Source of the DNA: a virus
Taxonomy: Duplodnaviria; Heunggongvirae; Uroviricota; Caudoviricetes
IMG/VR virus record: IMGVR_UViG_3300017655_000275
Reading direction: 5' to 3' (one strand)
DNA: 64,000 nt
How positions within the stretch are numbered: position 1 is the first letter of the stretch; each line of letters begins with the position of its first letter. The notes under the pieces are model-generated. The model saw nothing but the letters and a program-made list of their open reading frames with translations. It made no database searches and was not told where the DNA came from. This document shows, piece by piece, positions 1-8,963 of the stretch. Made by a program: the position numbers and the translations under genes.

Positions 1-253
1 TCGACATTGTCGAGCAACCGGTATGCCGTGCGCTGCACGGCCTGGGAGTGGAGCGCGTAACGCCCCTTGGTGAAGGCGTGGATATCCGACTTTGAGGGCC
101 AGGCGCCGCCGGATGCGCGTCGGTCGCGATGCCATTCGATGCAATCGTTCCACAGCCGCGCCGTCTCGATCTGTGCCGCGCGCAATTGTGCGCGAAGATC
201 CGCGTGACGCGGACCCTGGAGGCGGAGAGGGATGATGCGAACTGACTGGCTCA
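1..253 (-). CDS. tnpB: IS200/IS605-family TnpB (OrfB), N-terminal part; gene runs off the left edge of the window
   Basis: Reverse translation from an ATG at 253-251 gives MSQSVRIIPLRLQ...ALHSQAVQRTAYRLLDNV with no stop before the window edge. This looks like a TnpB N-terminus. It is divergent from tnpA at 328. Confidence 0.55.
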
Positions 254-327
254 TGCTTGCATTTTCGCAGTATTGCATTTATGCTGCAACATGATTTTTT
301 CGAATTTCACAAAGAAAGCATGACGCA

Positions 328-741
328 ATGAGCAATGGCATCATTCCTGATGCGACGACGCGATGGGCGCGCTACCGCATTGGCTACCATCTCGTCTGGA
401 TCCCAAAATACCGTCGCAAGATCCTGACCCCCGCCGTCTCCGGGACGGTGAAGACGGCAATCTCGACAGCCTGCGAGATCGCCGACATCGCCCTGCTCGC
501 AATCGAAACGGATGTCGACCACGTCCATGTCTTCGCCTCAGCCAAGCCTTCGGTGTCCCCGGCCGATATCGCACGCATCCTTAAGGGCGCCAGCAGTCGG
601 GCCGTGCGCAAGGAGCATCCCGATCTCGCGGCGAAATGCGGAGAGCGCGGACTCTGGGCCCAGAGCTACTATGTCGGCACCGTCGGAGACATGTCCGCGC
701 AGACGGTCAGGCACTATATTGAGAATTGCCAGGGCCTGTAG
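328..741 (+). CDS. tnpA: IS200/IS605-family Y1 (HuH) transposase TnpA
   Basis: 137 aa. Contains YRIGYHLVWIPKYRRK and the HVHVF (HuH) motif, and has the typical TnpA size. Confidence 0.8.
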   Translation: MSNGIIPDATTRWARYRIGYHLVWIPKYRRKILTPAVSGTVKTAISTACEIADIALLAIETDVDHVHVFASAKPSVSPADIARILKGASSRAVRKEHPDLAAKCGERGLWAQSYYVGTVGDMSAQTVRHYIENCQGL

Positions 742-807
742 CCCTGAAGTCAGCGCGCAGCCGCACATCCCCCAACTGAAGTTCAGGGGTTTTCCGTGCG
801 CGTGGTA

Positions 808-835
808 TAAAAAATGGCCGCGGTTCACCGCGGCC
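808..835 (-). terminator. Rho-independent terminator, read on the minus strand, for the DUF465 gene
   Basis: A perfect 8-bp stem (ggccgcgg/ccgcggcc) with loop ttca is followed on the minus strand by a TTTTTT run (plus-strand aaaaaa at 809-814). It may also be the IS605 subterminal hairpin. Confidence 0.45.
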
Positions 836-859
836 AGATTCATGATCATGACGGCGCCA

Positions 860-1027
860 TCATGCCGCGCTGAGACGCTCGATCTCTTCCTTCAGCGCCA
901 GCTTCTCGCGCTTCATCGCGGTGATGTCGAGGCTGTCCGTTCCTGGGGAGGCCTGGGCCTTGCTGATCTCGCTATCAAGATTTGCGTGTTTCTCCTTGAG
1001 GGCTTTCACGTGGTTCTCGACAGACAT
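860..1027 (-). CDS. DUF465 (YdcH-like) small protein
   Basis: This ORF is not in the six-frame track. Translation gives MSVENHVKALKEKHANLDSEISKAQASPGTDSLDITAMKREKLALKEEIERLSAA, with a GGAGGA SD 5 nt upstream. It matches the DUF465 pattern. Confidence 0.6.
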   Translation of the reverse strand: MSVENHVKALKEKHANLDSEISKAQASPGTDSLDITAMKREKLALKEEIERLSAA

Positions 1028-1108
1028 CCGTTCCTCCATTTTGGGACAGTCATATTAAAGACATGTATCTCTGATTCAGCAATGCAAGACCATTTCGGAA
1101 AGTTTTTC

Positions 1109-1666
1109 TCAGGACAATTTTCGGATTGTTGCCCCGCCCGTAATCACACGAAGTTTCGGCCGTTGCCGGGGCAGGGCTCGGGGATCGGCGCCACCAGCCG
1201 TGAGAGGGCGCACATGACCGTCGGCATGAATGATCATGCGGGAGTTCGTCCACTGGATCTCGCCGCCTGCATTCAAGGCCGTGGCGTTCGAGACGATCAT
1301 CCTGGTTTCGTCGGGACACCAATGGCCGCTGATCGTGCAGGCAGATCCGGCCTTGATAACGGCAAGGAGAAACCGGTCTGTATCGTCCTGGCTGGCTTCC
1401 AGACCATCCCTGTCGAGGAAATAGCCATGCACACCCGGTCCGGATGCCGAGATCATGATTCCCTGGGGGGTCTGGGAAACCATGCCCTGATCGCCTTTGG
1501 CACCCGGCGCTATGCCGTAACGGTCCATCCACCGATGCAACTCGCCAACATGCGAAGCTGAGAAAGGGCCGGCCCGCAGGCGGCCGTCAGGATAGCTTCC
1601 AAAGCCTGGGACAGGGCGCAAGGTGATCATGGCAACTCCATACTGATTGGAATCTGCCGGTATCAT
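1109..1666 (-). CDS. hypothetical protein (possible metal-dependent hydrolase-like fold; family unclear)
   Basis: 185-aa ORF with coding-like composition. GHWCPDE and IIHADGH His-rich patches are present. Family not recognised. Confidence 0.4.
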   Translation of the reverse strand: MIPADSNQYGVAMITLRPVPGFGSYPDGRLRAGPFSASHVGELHRWMDRYGIAPGAKGDQGMVSQTPQGIMISASGPGVHGYFLDRDGLEASQDDTDRFLLAVIKAGSACTISGHWCPDETRMIVSNATALNAGGEIQWTNSRMIIHADGHVRPLTAGGADPRALPRQRPKLRVITGGATIRKLS

Positions 1667-1735
1667 GTTCTCTTTATGTTCTCAACCTTGACGTGCGGCT
1701 TTCCTGCATTTTTTCTGATGGAAAATGCAACGGCG

Positions 1736-3544
1736 TCACATGGATAAAGGAGGAGACGAACTAAACTCCTCCTCGGGTTCTGGCTCGCCATGTAGCAGGG
1801 CCGTCTCGACCACCGCGGCAAGATTCCGGATCTCTTCCCGGTGCTCGAGCCATCGCCTGGCCAGGTCGACCTCCGCCCTGATATCTGCTTCGATATCCTT
1901 GTCCCGGATCTCTCCCATGAGATCGGTCAGGAGGCCGGCATAGTCCTCGTTGTGCCAGTCATGCACGCAATGACAGACCTCATGGAGAGCGAGGGAGATG
2001 AGCTTCTTCATCGATTTGGGATCCGACAGCTTGAACAGTCCGCGGCCGCCCTCATCGACCGGATTGAGCAGCAGGCCGTGCCGGATACCGTTAAGCTCCT
2101 TGTGGACGGCGCGATAGTTGCTGTCGAATACGAAGCCGGACACCCATTCCTCTCCCTGCAGGTCTGGATGCATTTCAACCAGCGCCTCAAGAGCATGACG
2201 ACAGGCCGCATGCCATGCCGCATGAAGCAGTTCCGCATTGCGTCCGGCGCCGCCGGGCTCAGACCAGGTGGAGGCGTCGTAGCGCTTCGCCGCCGCCCTC
2301 ATCTCGGTTGTCGCAACACCGACGTGATGGGCGAACGATATCCTGAGCGTGTTATCATGGACCGTCTCACGGAGTGCATCCGAGCTGACTTCAGCGGAAT
2401 TCCTGTTCCTGCTCCTGGCAGCCTCACGCAACTCTTGAAGGCTCATCCTCGCGGCCTCCAGTTTTTCGTCGGCTCGCGATCGATCACCGCCCTTGCCGGC
2501 GGCCCTGTCATGGGCCCGCTTTCCGATCCGTGGATTGCCAGTCATCGAGGCGTTCAGGAACAATTTCGTTTCCGGATCCCTGGCCTTTTGCGACAGGGCG
2601 GTTTTCTGGTCCACCTCGATCTTCGAGATCAGTTTTCTCAACTCACCTGCAAAGGGATGTCGAATGCTGTCCCTGGAGGCCGTCAGGACCTCCCTGGCTC
2701 TTGCTGGCTCCAGGTCGATTGTGAGTTGATAGGGTGCGGCCAGGTGGTCCTGATACATCGCCATGCCATTCACCCTGACAACGGCCCTGTTCTTCTCGGC
2801 GGTCTTGCCGCCAGACAGATGAACTGTTCCCCAAAGACCATTCTCGTCCTTGAGTTGATCAATCTCGCGGCCCTTCCTGGACCATCCGGTAAAGCGGAAA
2901 GCTCCAAGTTTCTCATCGAATGAAGCAAGCTCTTCGGGTATCAGGGGCAGAGGGTTGCCCTCAGGATCTTCTTTCGCCAGGTTCATTGTGACGGCGCAGC
3001 GGATGGAGGATTGCGCCAGGACGTTCCTGAGACCGGTATAGAGCCGCGGAATCCTGCTCGGTAGCAACTCGATGGTGATCGCGGTTCCCTTGACTGAACG
3101 CGTGTTCGGCGTCACCTCATAAAAGGCACCGTCGCCAGACACGACGATATCAGAGGTAACGATCTGGTATTTTTCCTGTGAAAAACAGGTCAGGATCCGC
3201 GCTCTGCCGAAACCGCCCACGCTGCTTTCCGACTGATCCTTCGTGGATGCACCAAGCGCCATATAGACGTTCTCGACGACATCCCGGCTCATGCCGGCGC
3301 CGTTGTCGAGAAACTCCACGATCAGGTTTTCGTCGCTGAACTTCGTGGCGATATGCACGCGCGTGGCGCCCGCGTCCAGGGAGTTGGAGATCAGCTCGCG
3401 CCAGAAGGCTTCCCGCCAATTGTCGTAATTTGAATCCCGTTCCTTCCGGAAGAAATCCTTGGGAACCGCAACCGTTTTCATGTCTGGAATTCTCCTTCGC
3501 ATCGAGGAGAGAATAGCGCTCGGACACGAAAAACCCGAGATCAA
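1736..3544 (-). CDS. GHKL (Bergerat-fold, HATPase_c-like) ATPase fused to a C-terminal SprT/zincin-like HExxH domain
   Basis: ELISNSLDAGATRVHI (N box) and EFLDNGAGM (G1 box DxGxG) are present, with LALHEVCHCVHDWHNEDYA near the C-terminus. The start overlaps the upstream gene by ATGA. An alternative start, MKTV at 3481, has an AAGGAG SD. Confidence 0.65.
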   Translation of the reverse strand: MISGFSCPSAILSSMRRRIPDMKTVAVPKDFFRKERDSNYDNWREAFWRELISNSLDAGATRVHIATKFSDENLIVEFLDNGAGMSRDVVENVYMALGASTKDQSESSVGGFGRARILTCFSQEKYQIVTSDIVVSGDGAFYEVTPNTRSVKGTAITIELLPSRIPRLYTGLRNVLAQSSIRCAVTMNLAKEDPEGNPLPLIPEELASFDEKLGAFRFTGWSRKGREIDQLKDENGLWGTVHLSGGKTAEKNRAVVRVNGMAMYQDHLAAPYQLTIDLEPARAREVLTASRDSIRHPFAGELRKLISKIEVDQKTALSQKARDPETKLFLNASMTGNPRIGKRAHDRAAGKGGDRSRADEKLEAARMSLQELREAARSRNRNSAEVSSDALRETVHDNTLRISFAHHVGVATTEMRAAAKRYDASTWSEPGGAGRNAELLHAAWHAACRHALEALVEMHPDLQGEEWVSGFVFDSNYRAVHKELNGIRHGLLLNPVDEGGRGLFKLSDPKSMKKLISLALHEVCHCVHDWHNEDYAGLLTDLMGEIRDKDIEADIRAEVDLARRWLEHREEIRNLAAVVETALLHGEPEPEEEFSSSPPLSM

Positions 3545-4140
3545 CGTGGAAGGGAAAAGAATGTCTCCGGATCACGCTCCTCGACATTGCCGGCATCGAT
3601 CTCGACGCTTTCATCCAGCTGAGATCTGGCAATGGATGCCCGCAGATCCGAAATCTCCTTTCGTGCGGCTGAAAGATCTGCCCTTGCGACGCTCAGGTCC
3701 TTGGTTAGCTCGGCAATCCAGGACATTATGGCCTTGCGTTCACGCATAAGTCGGCCGCGCGTCGTCACCACGAAGTCGGAATCGTCCTTGAGGCTGCCGT
3801 CCGCAGGCATAACGGCGCGAAAGATCCTGGCCTGGACGATCTGTTTCTTGACGAGGTCGGTTACCCGCCAAGACTCTGGCTTTCCATCATGGTCCGTGGC
3901 TTCCCGCGGTCGCGAACCGGGGCCGGGGCGTCTTTCCGGTATGCCTTTCACTTCCATTCCGATGTCCCGGGCGATTCCGAGAACCTCCCCCGGCGTGGAC
4001 CCGAACGTTTCGGCAATAGAGCTCAAGTCGCCGTAATCAATGGTGTTTCGCCGGGCTTTACTGCGTAATTCGCAGGCGGCCAGGTCGGAAAATTGCATTG
4101 GAGCAGTCCTGATTGTCATGTCATCAGACATGAAAAGCAC
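3541..4140 (-). CDS. hypothetical protein, translationally coupled to the GHKL ATPase gene (possible N-terminal HTH, coiled-coil C-terminus)
   Basis: 199 aa. There is a 4-nt ATGA overlap with the downstream gene. The C-terminal half is charge-rich and helical-looking (LSVARADLSAARKEISDLRASIARSQL). Confidence 0.5.
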   Translation of the reverse strand: MLFMSDDMTIRTAPMQFSDLAACELRSKARRNTIDYGDLSSIAETFGSTPGEVLGIARDIGMEVKGIPERRPGPGSRPREATDHDGKPESWRVTDLVKKQIVQARIFRAVMPADGSLKDDSDFVVTTRGRLMRERKAIMSWIAELTKDLSVARADLSAARKEISDLRASIARSQLDESVEIDAGNVEERDPETFFSLPR

Positions 4141-4300
4141 GTCTTGCCGAAGATTGGAACCTCCAAGATTCCCACCTCTCCGGGCGCGGGGCTGGAGATG
4201 ATGTGGATATAGCGAAAAACGTATTGCTTTTCATTTTTCAAGCACCTATTCTTCCTGTATTGGGTTGCTGTTCAATGGTGAACGCCCGGGCCCCTAATCC

Positions 4301-4337
4301 TGGACAAGGCGGGTTCGATCCCCGTGTGACCCACCAA
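4301..4337 (+). other. tRNA 3'-end fragment (T-arm, acceptor 3' strand and CCA); likely an integrase att-site remnant, not a functional tRNA
   Basis: The sequence ggcgggTTCGATCcccgtgtgacccACCA has a T-stem GCGGG/CCCGU, T-loop UUCGAUC, discriminator A and CCA. No anticodon stem can be formed in the upstream 45 nt. Confidence 0.55.
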
Positions 4338-4459
4338 ATTAGAGCGCCCTGGACGGGCAGGAGAAGATGATGACGCGCATGCAATAGATCCCTGATGAAC
4401 CGATCACCGCCGGATCTGAGGACCTGCGGCTCTACGCTATATTGCGCGGTGATCTCATC

Positions 4460-4897
4460 ATGTCGGAAGGAAAGGCAAATGCCCAGTCAGGCCATGCCTA
4501 TCTCGATGCGCTTCTCCACTCTCTCGGACATTCCGATCACTCTGTAAGGCAAGCTGCGCAAGACTATGCGCAGCTCAAGCCAGGAACCAAGATATGTCTT
4601 GATGGCGGGCCCGCCGGCGGTTTCGATCGTCTGGTCTGCGGCCTGGTGCAGGCTGGTATCCCGTTTGTCACGATCACTGACCGCGATCATGTCGAACTGC
4701 CACATTTCGATGGCAACCCGATCGTCACCGCGATCGGAATAGGACCTCTTTCAAAATCAGAGATTCCCCCCTGTCTGAAGCGACTCAAGCTTTGGAAGGG
4801 CGGTGCGCGCTCGCACCTGGGTCTTTCCCAGGGCGGCAAACCGGCCGTGTCCGATCCCGGTCAGGCCGAAGTCATCCAGGCAATTCCGTCTCGATGA
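4460..4897 (+). CDS. PTH2-like (peptidyl-tRNA hydrolase 2 / DUF2000-type fold) protein
   Basis: Motifs: GKANAQSGHAYLDAL...KICLDG...LVQAGIPFVTITDRDHVE...PIVTAIGIGP. This resembles the PTH2 pattern. Confidence 0.4.
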   Translation: MSEGKANAQSGHAYLDALLHSLGHSDHSVRQAAQDYAQLKPGTKICLDGGPAGGFDRLVCGLVQAGIPFVTITDRDHVELPHFDGNPIVTAIGIGPLSKSEIPPCLKRLKLWKGGARSHLGLSQGGKPAVSDPGQAEVIQAIPSR

Positions 4898-4926
4898 AGA
4901 ACAACTCCATGAAAAGGAACATCACC

Positions 4927-5334
4927 ATGGAACTGAAAGTCGTCACCTCCAAAACGATCAACCTGCATGCGGTCCAGGTCGCAGCGGTCATCGCCGGACG
5001 TCCGGTCCGCGAGGACCTGAAACTTGATGCGGACACGGCCTTCATGGCCGCCGAAAGCTTCTTTGAAGAAAGAGGCGTCAACGACCTCGAGAGCTATCTT
5101 GCTCACCGGTCGGAAGTGAAAGCAGGACTGCGCGTAACCGCGGCCACCATCCGCGAGCTGAAAAAGACCATCCGGCCGATGGACGGCTACAGTCAGGGAT
5201 ATTGGGAAGTCCGCAAGGACCTCGCTCTTGCGAGGAGCCGCTTCGGCGAACTCCACGACATCCGGGTCCTGGGCAAGGCCTGGTCGGCCGAGTCCCGCAA
5301 GCGGAAGGACCAGGCGGAAGAGTTGGCGGCATGA
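4927..5334 (+). CDS. hypothetical protein
   Basis: Start MELKVV with an AGGAA SD 8 nt upstream. The longer ORF-track start (4792) is a low-complexity extension. Confidence 0.45.
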   Translation: MELKVVTSKTINLHAVQVAAVIAGRPVREDLKLDADTAFMAAESFFEERGVNDLESYLAHRSEVKAGLRVTAATIRELKKTIRPMDGYSQGYWEVRKDLALARSRFGELHDIRVLGKAWSAESRKRKDQAEELAA

Positions 5335-5470
5335 TCCTGCCTGGCGCCGCGGTTGCGCGGCGCCAGGCCTTCAGATTTCGATCTGTCAAGAACGGCGGCA
5401 AAATTTCCTGTTTCACAATCCGAACTTTCGCATGCCCGGAATATAAAACTGGACAAAGAGTGATGAGGAT

Positions 5471-5944
5471 ATGATGCGTGAGATCGACAAGTCCGTGGAG
5501 CGTTGGGTGTTCGGCTATTGCTTTCCCATGGCAATAGCCCTGCACCAACATACCGGTTGGTCGATCGGCGCGATGACGGCTGACCGCGGGAATGGCCGCG
5601 GGTCACAGATGGCACATAACTGGGTTGTCGATCCTGATGGAGGATGGTGGGATGCTGCCGGAAGGCTGACCAAGGCCGACCTCGAAGAAGCCTTCCTTTC
5701 GACAGAAACGGATGAATGCCGTGCTTCCGCCCGTTACGATGTCTTTCCAGACATCGAGAGCTACAACCTTCATATTGAACAGGTCGAAGGCGGCTGGGCA
5801 AGCCAGGCGTTCAAGTGGCTGAAGCAGATGGCGCCATCAGCTGAAGAAGCTGCACTAAACCTCGTGATACCACGCCATCCAGAGCTGCAGGACGCGGTGG
5901 AGCGCAGCTTCACGGAGCCTGGATATCTGGCGCTCCAGCTTTGA
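5471..5944 (+). CDS. hypothetical protein
   Basis: 157-aa ORF with a GAGGA just upstream of the ATG. Confidence 0.45.
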   Translation: MMREIDKSVERWVFGYCFPMAIALHQHTGWSIGAMTADRGNGRGSQMAHNWVVDPDGGWWDAAGRLTKADLEEAFLSTETDECRASARYDVFPDIESYNLHIEQVEGGWASQAFKWLKQMAPSAEEAALNLVIPRHPELQDAVERSFTEPGYLALQL

Positions 5945-5945
5945 C

Positions 5946-6437
5946 TCAGGAACTGCCGCTGCGCCGCGCCTTGCGCCAGTCAGCTGGGTAATCGAAACGA
6001 CCGCCCCAGAGGCCGGTTCCGTTCCGGCGCGCGGCCTCTTCCGCGGCCTTATAGGCGCCGGCCTTGTCCATGAAGCGAACGGCATGACCGTTGCCCACCA
6101 TCCACAGCCCGATGTCGATGCCGTTCGCCTGGCATGAGGCAAGGATCCGCTTGTATCGATCGCGTCCCTGGCTTGCGCACTGGACGGTCGCGGTTCCGAT
6201 GAAGTCGGAGAGCGCCAATGCTGCTGATTGGCCGCAACGCCAGGCCGTGCCGTCCTTCTCGCAGAATTGTCCGCTTTCCGGTGCGTCGAAGCCTACGAGG
6301 CGAATACGCTCGCCGTGGATCTCGATCGTATCGCCATCGACCACCGATGCCCGGCCGGAAAGCTGCGGATCGGCAGCGTTCGCGGTGGCCGTTGCCGCCA
6401 TGAGTAGCGTGAGGGCGAGGGGCAGATATCGGAGCAT
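5946..6437 (-). CDS. secreted thermonuclease (SNase-like) family protein
   Basis: Signal peptide MLRYLPLALTLLMAATATANA. The SNase motif is present (ERIRLVGFDAPE). There is an AGGAAGGAA SD in front of M30, so the N-terminal 29 aa of the track ORF are rejected. Confidence 0.65.
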   Translation of the reverse strand: MLRYLPLALTLLMAATATANAADPQLSGRASVVDGDTIEIHGERIRLVGFDAPESGQFCEKDGTAWRCGQSAALALSDFIGTATVQCASQGRDRYKRILASCQANGIDIGLWMVGNGHAVRFMDKAGAYKAAEEAARRNGTGLWGGRFDYPADWRKARRSGSS

Positions 6438-6580
6438 CGGCGGTTCCTTCCTGGGCGTGCCGTAAGCTATCGACATACATTTTGATGGGCAAGCGAAAAC
6501 GGTGGATAAGAGAGTTATTCGCAAAACAAACTGATTTCAATCCGCTAGGATTGAGGAGATACGAGATCAGGAGTTGTCCA

Positions 6581-6985
6581 TTGCCTCACAAACATTTCGA
6601 CCTGCTGCAGGATATCGCTTCGAAGTTGCGGGCAGACTGCGCCGAACTGGAGGGCATGACAGGGATCGCCGGAGACGAATTGGTCGAGGAACTCGAAGAT
6701 CCGGCAGATTTGCCTGCGCTGCACGACATGCGCGAGCTGCTCGACCTGGCGACAAGAGTTGAAGTCTTCATGGAAATGCCGGCCAACGGCCGCCATGAAG
6801 GGTTCTTCGCCCTCGTGTCCGACCTTGTCGGGCATTTCGAACGCGAACTCCTTCTCCTTTCCGAGAACGAGGAACTTGGCGGCGCTGAGGATTTCGACGA
6901 AGTCGACGCTGATCTTCACGATCCCCTGGGCAGCATGAAGAAGCTCATCAAGTTTATCGCAGGACTGCGGCTTATTCATGGTTGA
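6581..6985 (+). CDS. hypothetical acidic protein
   Basis: TTG start with an AGGAG SD 7 nt upstream. The track start at 6482 has no SD and would overlap the nuclease promoter region. Confidence 0.35.
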   Translation: MPHKHFDLLQDIASKLRADCAELEGMTGIAGDELVEELEDPADLPALHDMRELLDLATRVEVFMEMPANGRHEGFFALVSDLVGHFERELLLLSENEELGGAEDFDEVDADLHDPLGSMKKLIKFIAGLRLIHG

Positions 6986-6999
6986 TGGTTCGCGGATGA

Positions 7000-7530
7000 T
7001 CAGGCGAAGGAGAGGAAATCCGGAGAGACGTGATCCGTCAGCCAGACACCGTTGTCGGCCCGGTAGAAGATTGCTCCAGCCAATGCCATGCCGGCGCAAT
7101 TAACGGACAGGACGACAGCCTTGCCATGGCGGCCGCCGACACGGGCGGCTGTCTCCATATCTCCGGAGAGGTGCACCATTTGCCGGCGCATTGGCTTCAG
7201 ACCTTCGGCAAAGATCGCATCCAGAACATGTCGGGCCGTGCCGTGCCAGAGGATATCGGGCGGCCTCCCAGGGGACAGCTCCAGGTCGACCTTGATGGAG
7301 TGGCCCTGTGCGGCGCGAATGCGATGGCCATCTTCCGATAAGACGAAACGCCGCTTGTCATTATCCCGGACGATGTCTTCCAGGACTTGCCGCGATATAT
7401 CGAAACCGGCTCGCTTCATCCCGCGGATGAGGTCGTCCACGCGCACCCAGCCGCCGGGACCTGGAACAAGTCCGGCAAGGTCCGGTCGGTGTCGGAGGAT
7501 AAGCGCGAGTTTTTTCGACGTTTTGCTCAT
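7000..7530 (-). CDS. kptA: RNA 2'-phosphotransferase KptA/Tpt1
   Basis: N-terminus MSKTSKKLALILRHRPDLAGL...GWVRVDDL. Catalytic region ILWHGTARHVLDAIFAEGLKPMRRQMVHLS. Confidence 0.8.
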   Translation of the reverse strand: MSKTSKKLALILRHRPDLAGLVPGPGGWVRVDDLIRGMKRAGFDISRQVLEDIVRDNDKRRFVLSEDGHRIRAAQGHSIKVDLELSPGRPPDILWHGTARHVLDAIFAEGLKPMRRQMVHLSGDMETAARVGGRHGKAVVLSVNCAGMALAGAIFYRADNGVWLTDHVSPDFLSFA

Positions 7531-7597
7531 GCGATTATGTTAGCAATACGGATGTGCCGGGACAATATCCTGCACGCAGTTGCGGATTTGGTCGACT

Positions 7598-8149
7598 TCA
7601 GATGACACCGCCCTTGCCTCGTATCCAGCCCTCCGGATTAATATAGGGAACACGCATCTCGATGATTGTTGAGCCCTTCGGATCCCTGCGATTGTCATCC
7701 GGCCCACGACATTCAAGACTGATATATCTTCCAAGGATTGTGGAAAAACCGTTGTAATAATATCCGTTTCGACTGGTCAGTCCCGCTCGCATGCTCTTGC
7801 AGATGCGTGGATCGCTGTCCTTGAACCAGAAATAGACATAGCGGGCTGTGGCTTGGCCAGGCATGGTCTCCTGGCTCATGGAGATCTGACCTCCGAAAGG
7901 GACGATACCCTTCTCGATGGCGCCGAATTTTCCCGCGCGGATCTTGCTCAGGTAGGAACCGGTCTCCAAGGTCATATCGCGATCAAGGCGCTCGAACTCA
8001 CTGACCACGATCTGGATGGCCTTGATGCGGTCGTTCAGATTGACCTGGGCCTTGGCCCGGCCATAGATCGTCAAACCGCTGAAAATCAGTCCCATGGCGA
8101 GGGCTATATAGAGCACCACTTCCATGAGAGTGAAGCCTCTCCGCGGCAT
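7598..8149 (-). CDS. prepilin-type N-terminal cleavage/methylation domain protein (pseudopilin / type IV pilin-like)
   Basis: MPRRGFTLMEVVLYIALAMGLIF matches the G|FTLxE class-III signal and hydrophobic helix. Start set at M23 of the track ORF. Confidence 0.6.
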   Translation of the reverse strand: MPRRGFTLMEVVLYIALAMGLIFSGLTIYGRAKAQVNLNDRIKAIQIVVSEFERLDRDMTLETGSYLSKIRAGKFGAIEKGIVPFGGQISMSQETMPGQATARYVYFWFKDSDPRICKSMRAGLTSRNGYYYNGFSTILGRYISLECRGPDDNRRDPKGSTIIEMRVPYINPEGWIRGKGGVI

Positions 8150-8307
8150 GACTGCCGTGAGAGGATATTGCCTCTGGAAAGAACGTCTCGCATGCCCCAG
8201 ATTCATGGCCATCACTGCAATATTTGCTTCGTATCTTCGCCGGACCTAATCTCGTTTCTGGCAAATCCTAGTGAACGTTGCGAAGAAGTGTGTGGATGCC
8301 GGTTTTC

Positions 8308-8847
8308 CTAGATACTGCCAAGAGTAATTTCTGTTACAGGATCCCGCCCGGTCAGAGCAAAATCCAGTGTTGTCGAGGCGTCGACCTCCAGCCCGGCTTC
8401 ATCGCTGCTGAGATCGTAGATGTCTCGATCCTCTGGATATTCTATCGCTTCGACGATAGTCAGCTTTTCCGGATCGAAGATGCAGATCGCGCCCTCCAGG
8501 TCGCAATCCTCCATCTCGCAGATGATGCCGTCATATCCGAGGCTCATGAGCTCCTTGCGCGCTTTTTCGAAGCGAGGCCAAGCCAACTCTCGATCGGTCG
8601 GATACAGATCGGGCCCGCCCCAGATTGCGGTATGCCGATCGAGAGCCGGAGCGAGTCGCAGGGTCTCTGCTTCGACAATCATGATTGCGCGGCCGCCGCC
8701 ATAGCCGGATGCTGCCTCGGGATCGCGGGTCAGCCAGACACCGAGAACGGAATTCGGCTCCGCTCCCATGCCGATCTGGTAAGGATCGAACTGGTCGAAA
8801 ACGCTCCTCGATCCATGAAAAAGTCGGACACTCACGGCGACCTCCAT
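8308..8847 (-). CDS. hypothetical protein
   Basis: Start moved to MEVAVSV. The track start MIQ coincides with an upstream ATGAGAAAA motif and has no SD. Confidence 0.3.
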   Translation of the reverse strand: MEVAVSVRLFHGSRSVFDQFDPYQIGMGAEPNSVLGVWLTRDPEAASGYGGGRAIMIVEAETLRLAPALDRHTAIWGGPDLYPTDRELAWPRFEKARKELMSLGYDGIICEMEDCDLEGAICIFDPEKLTIVEAIEYPEDRDIYDLSSDEAGLEVDASTTLDFALTGRDPVTEITLGSI

Positions 8848-8963
8848 CCCTGTCTGAAGGGAGATATTTCCACAACCGAAATACCCAATCCTCAAGCGCT
8901 TCTTTCTTCTTTCAGGTGATTCCTGTATCATGAGAAAAAACTAACAGTAGAAGGTGCCGTCCC

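Larger units (their letters stand above)
1..840. mobile_element. IS200/IS605-family insertion sequence (divergent tnpB/tnpA); left end lies outside the window, right end is near the subterminal palindrome at about 816-835
   Basis: A partial tnpB sits divergent to a Y1/HuH transposase. A perfect palindrome (ggccgcgg ttca ccgcggcc) and imperfect inverted repeats (ccctgaagt / acttcagggg) lie downstream of tnpA. Confidence 0.5.

Noticed and set aside
512-1561. 349-aa plus-strand ORF from the six-frame track
   Set aside because: It is antisense to the DUF465 gene and the 1109-1666 gene. It is Arg/Pro/Ala-rich with a GC-frame artefact composition and has no SD.
1841-2923. 360-aa plus-strand ORF
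   Set aside because: It lies entirely antisense to the GHKL ATPase gene, which has clear motifs.
4262-4337. Possible complete tRNA gene ending at the CCA at 4335-4337
   Set aside because: The acceptor (GGGUUGC/GUGACCC, with two G-U pairs) and the T-arm can be drawn. No 5-bp anticodon stem or normal D-arm exists in the intervening 38 nt. It is treated as a 3' fragment only.
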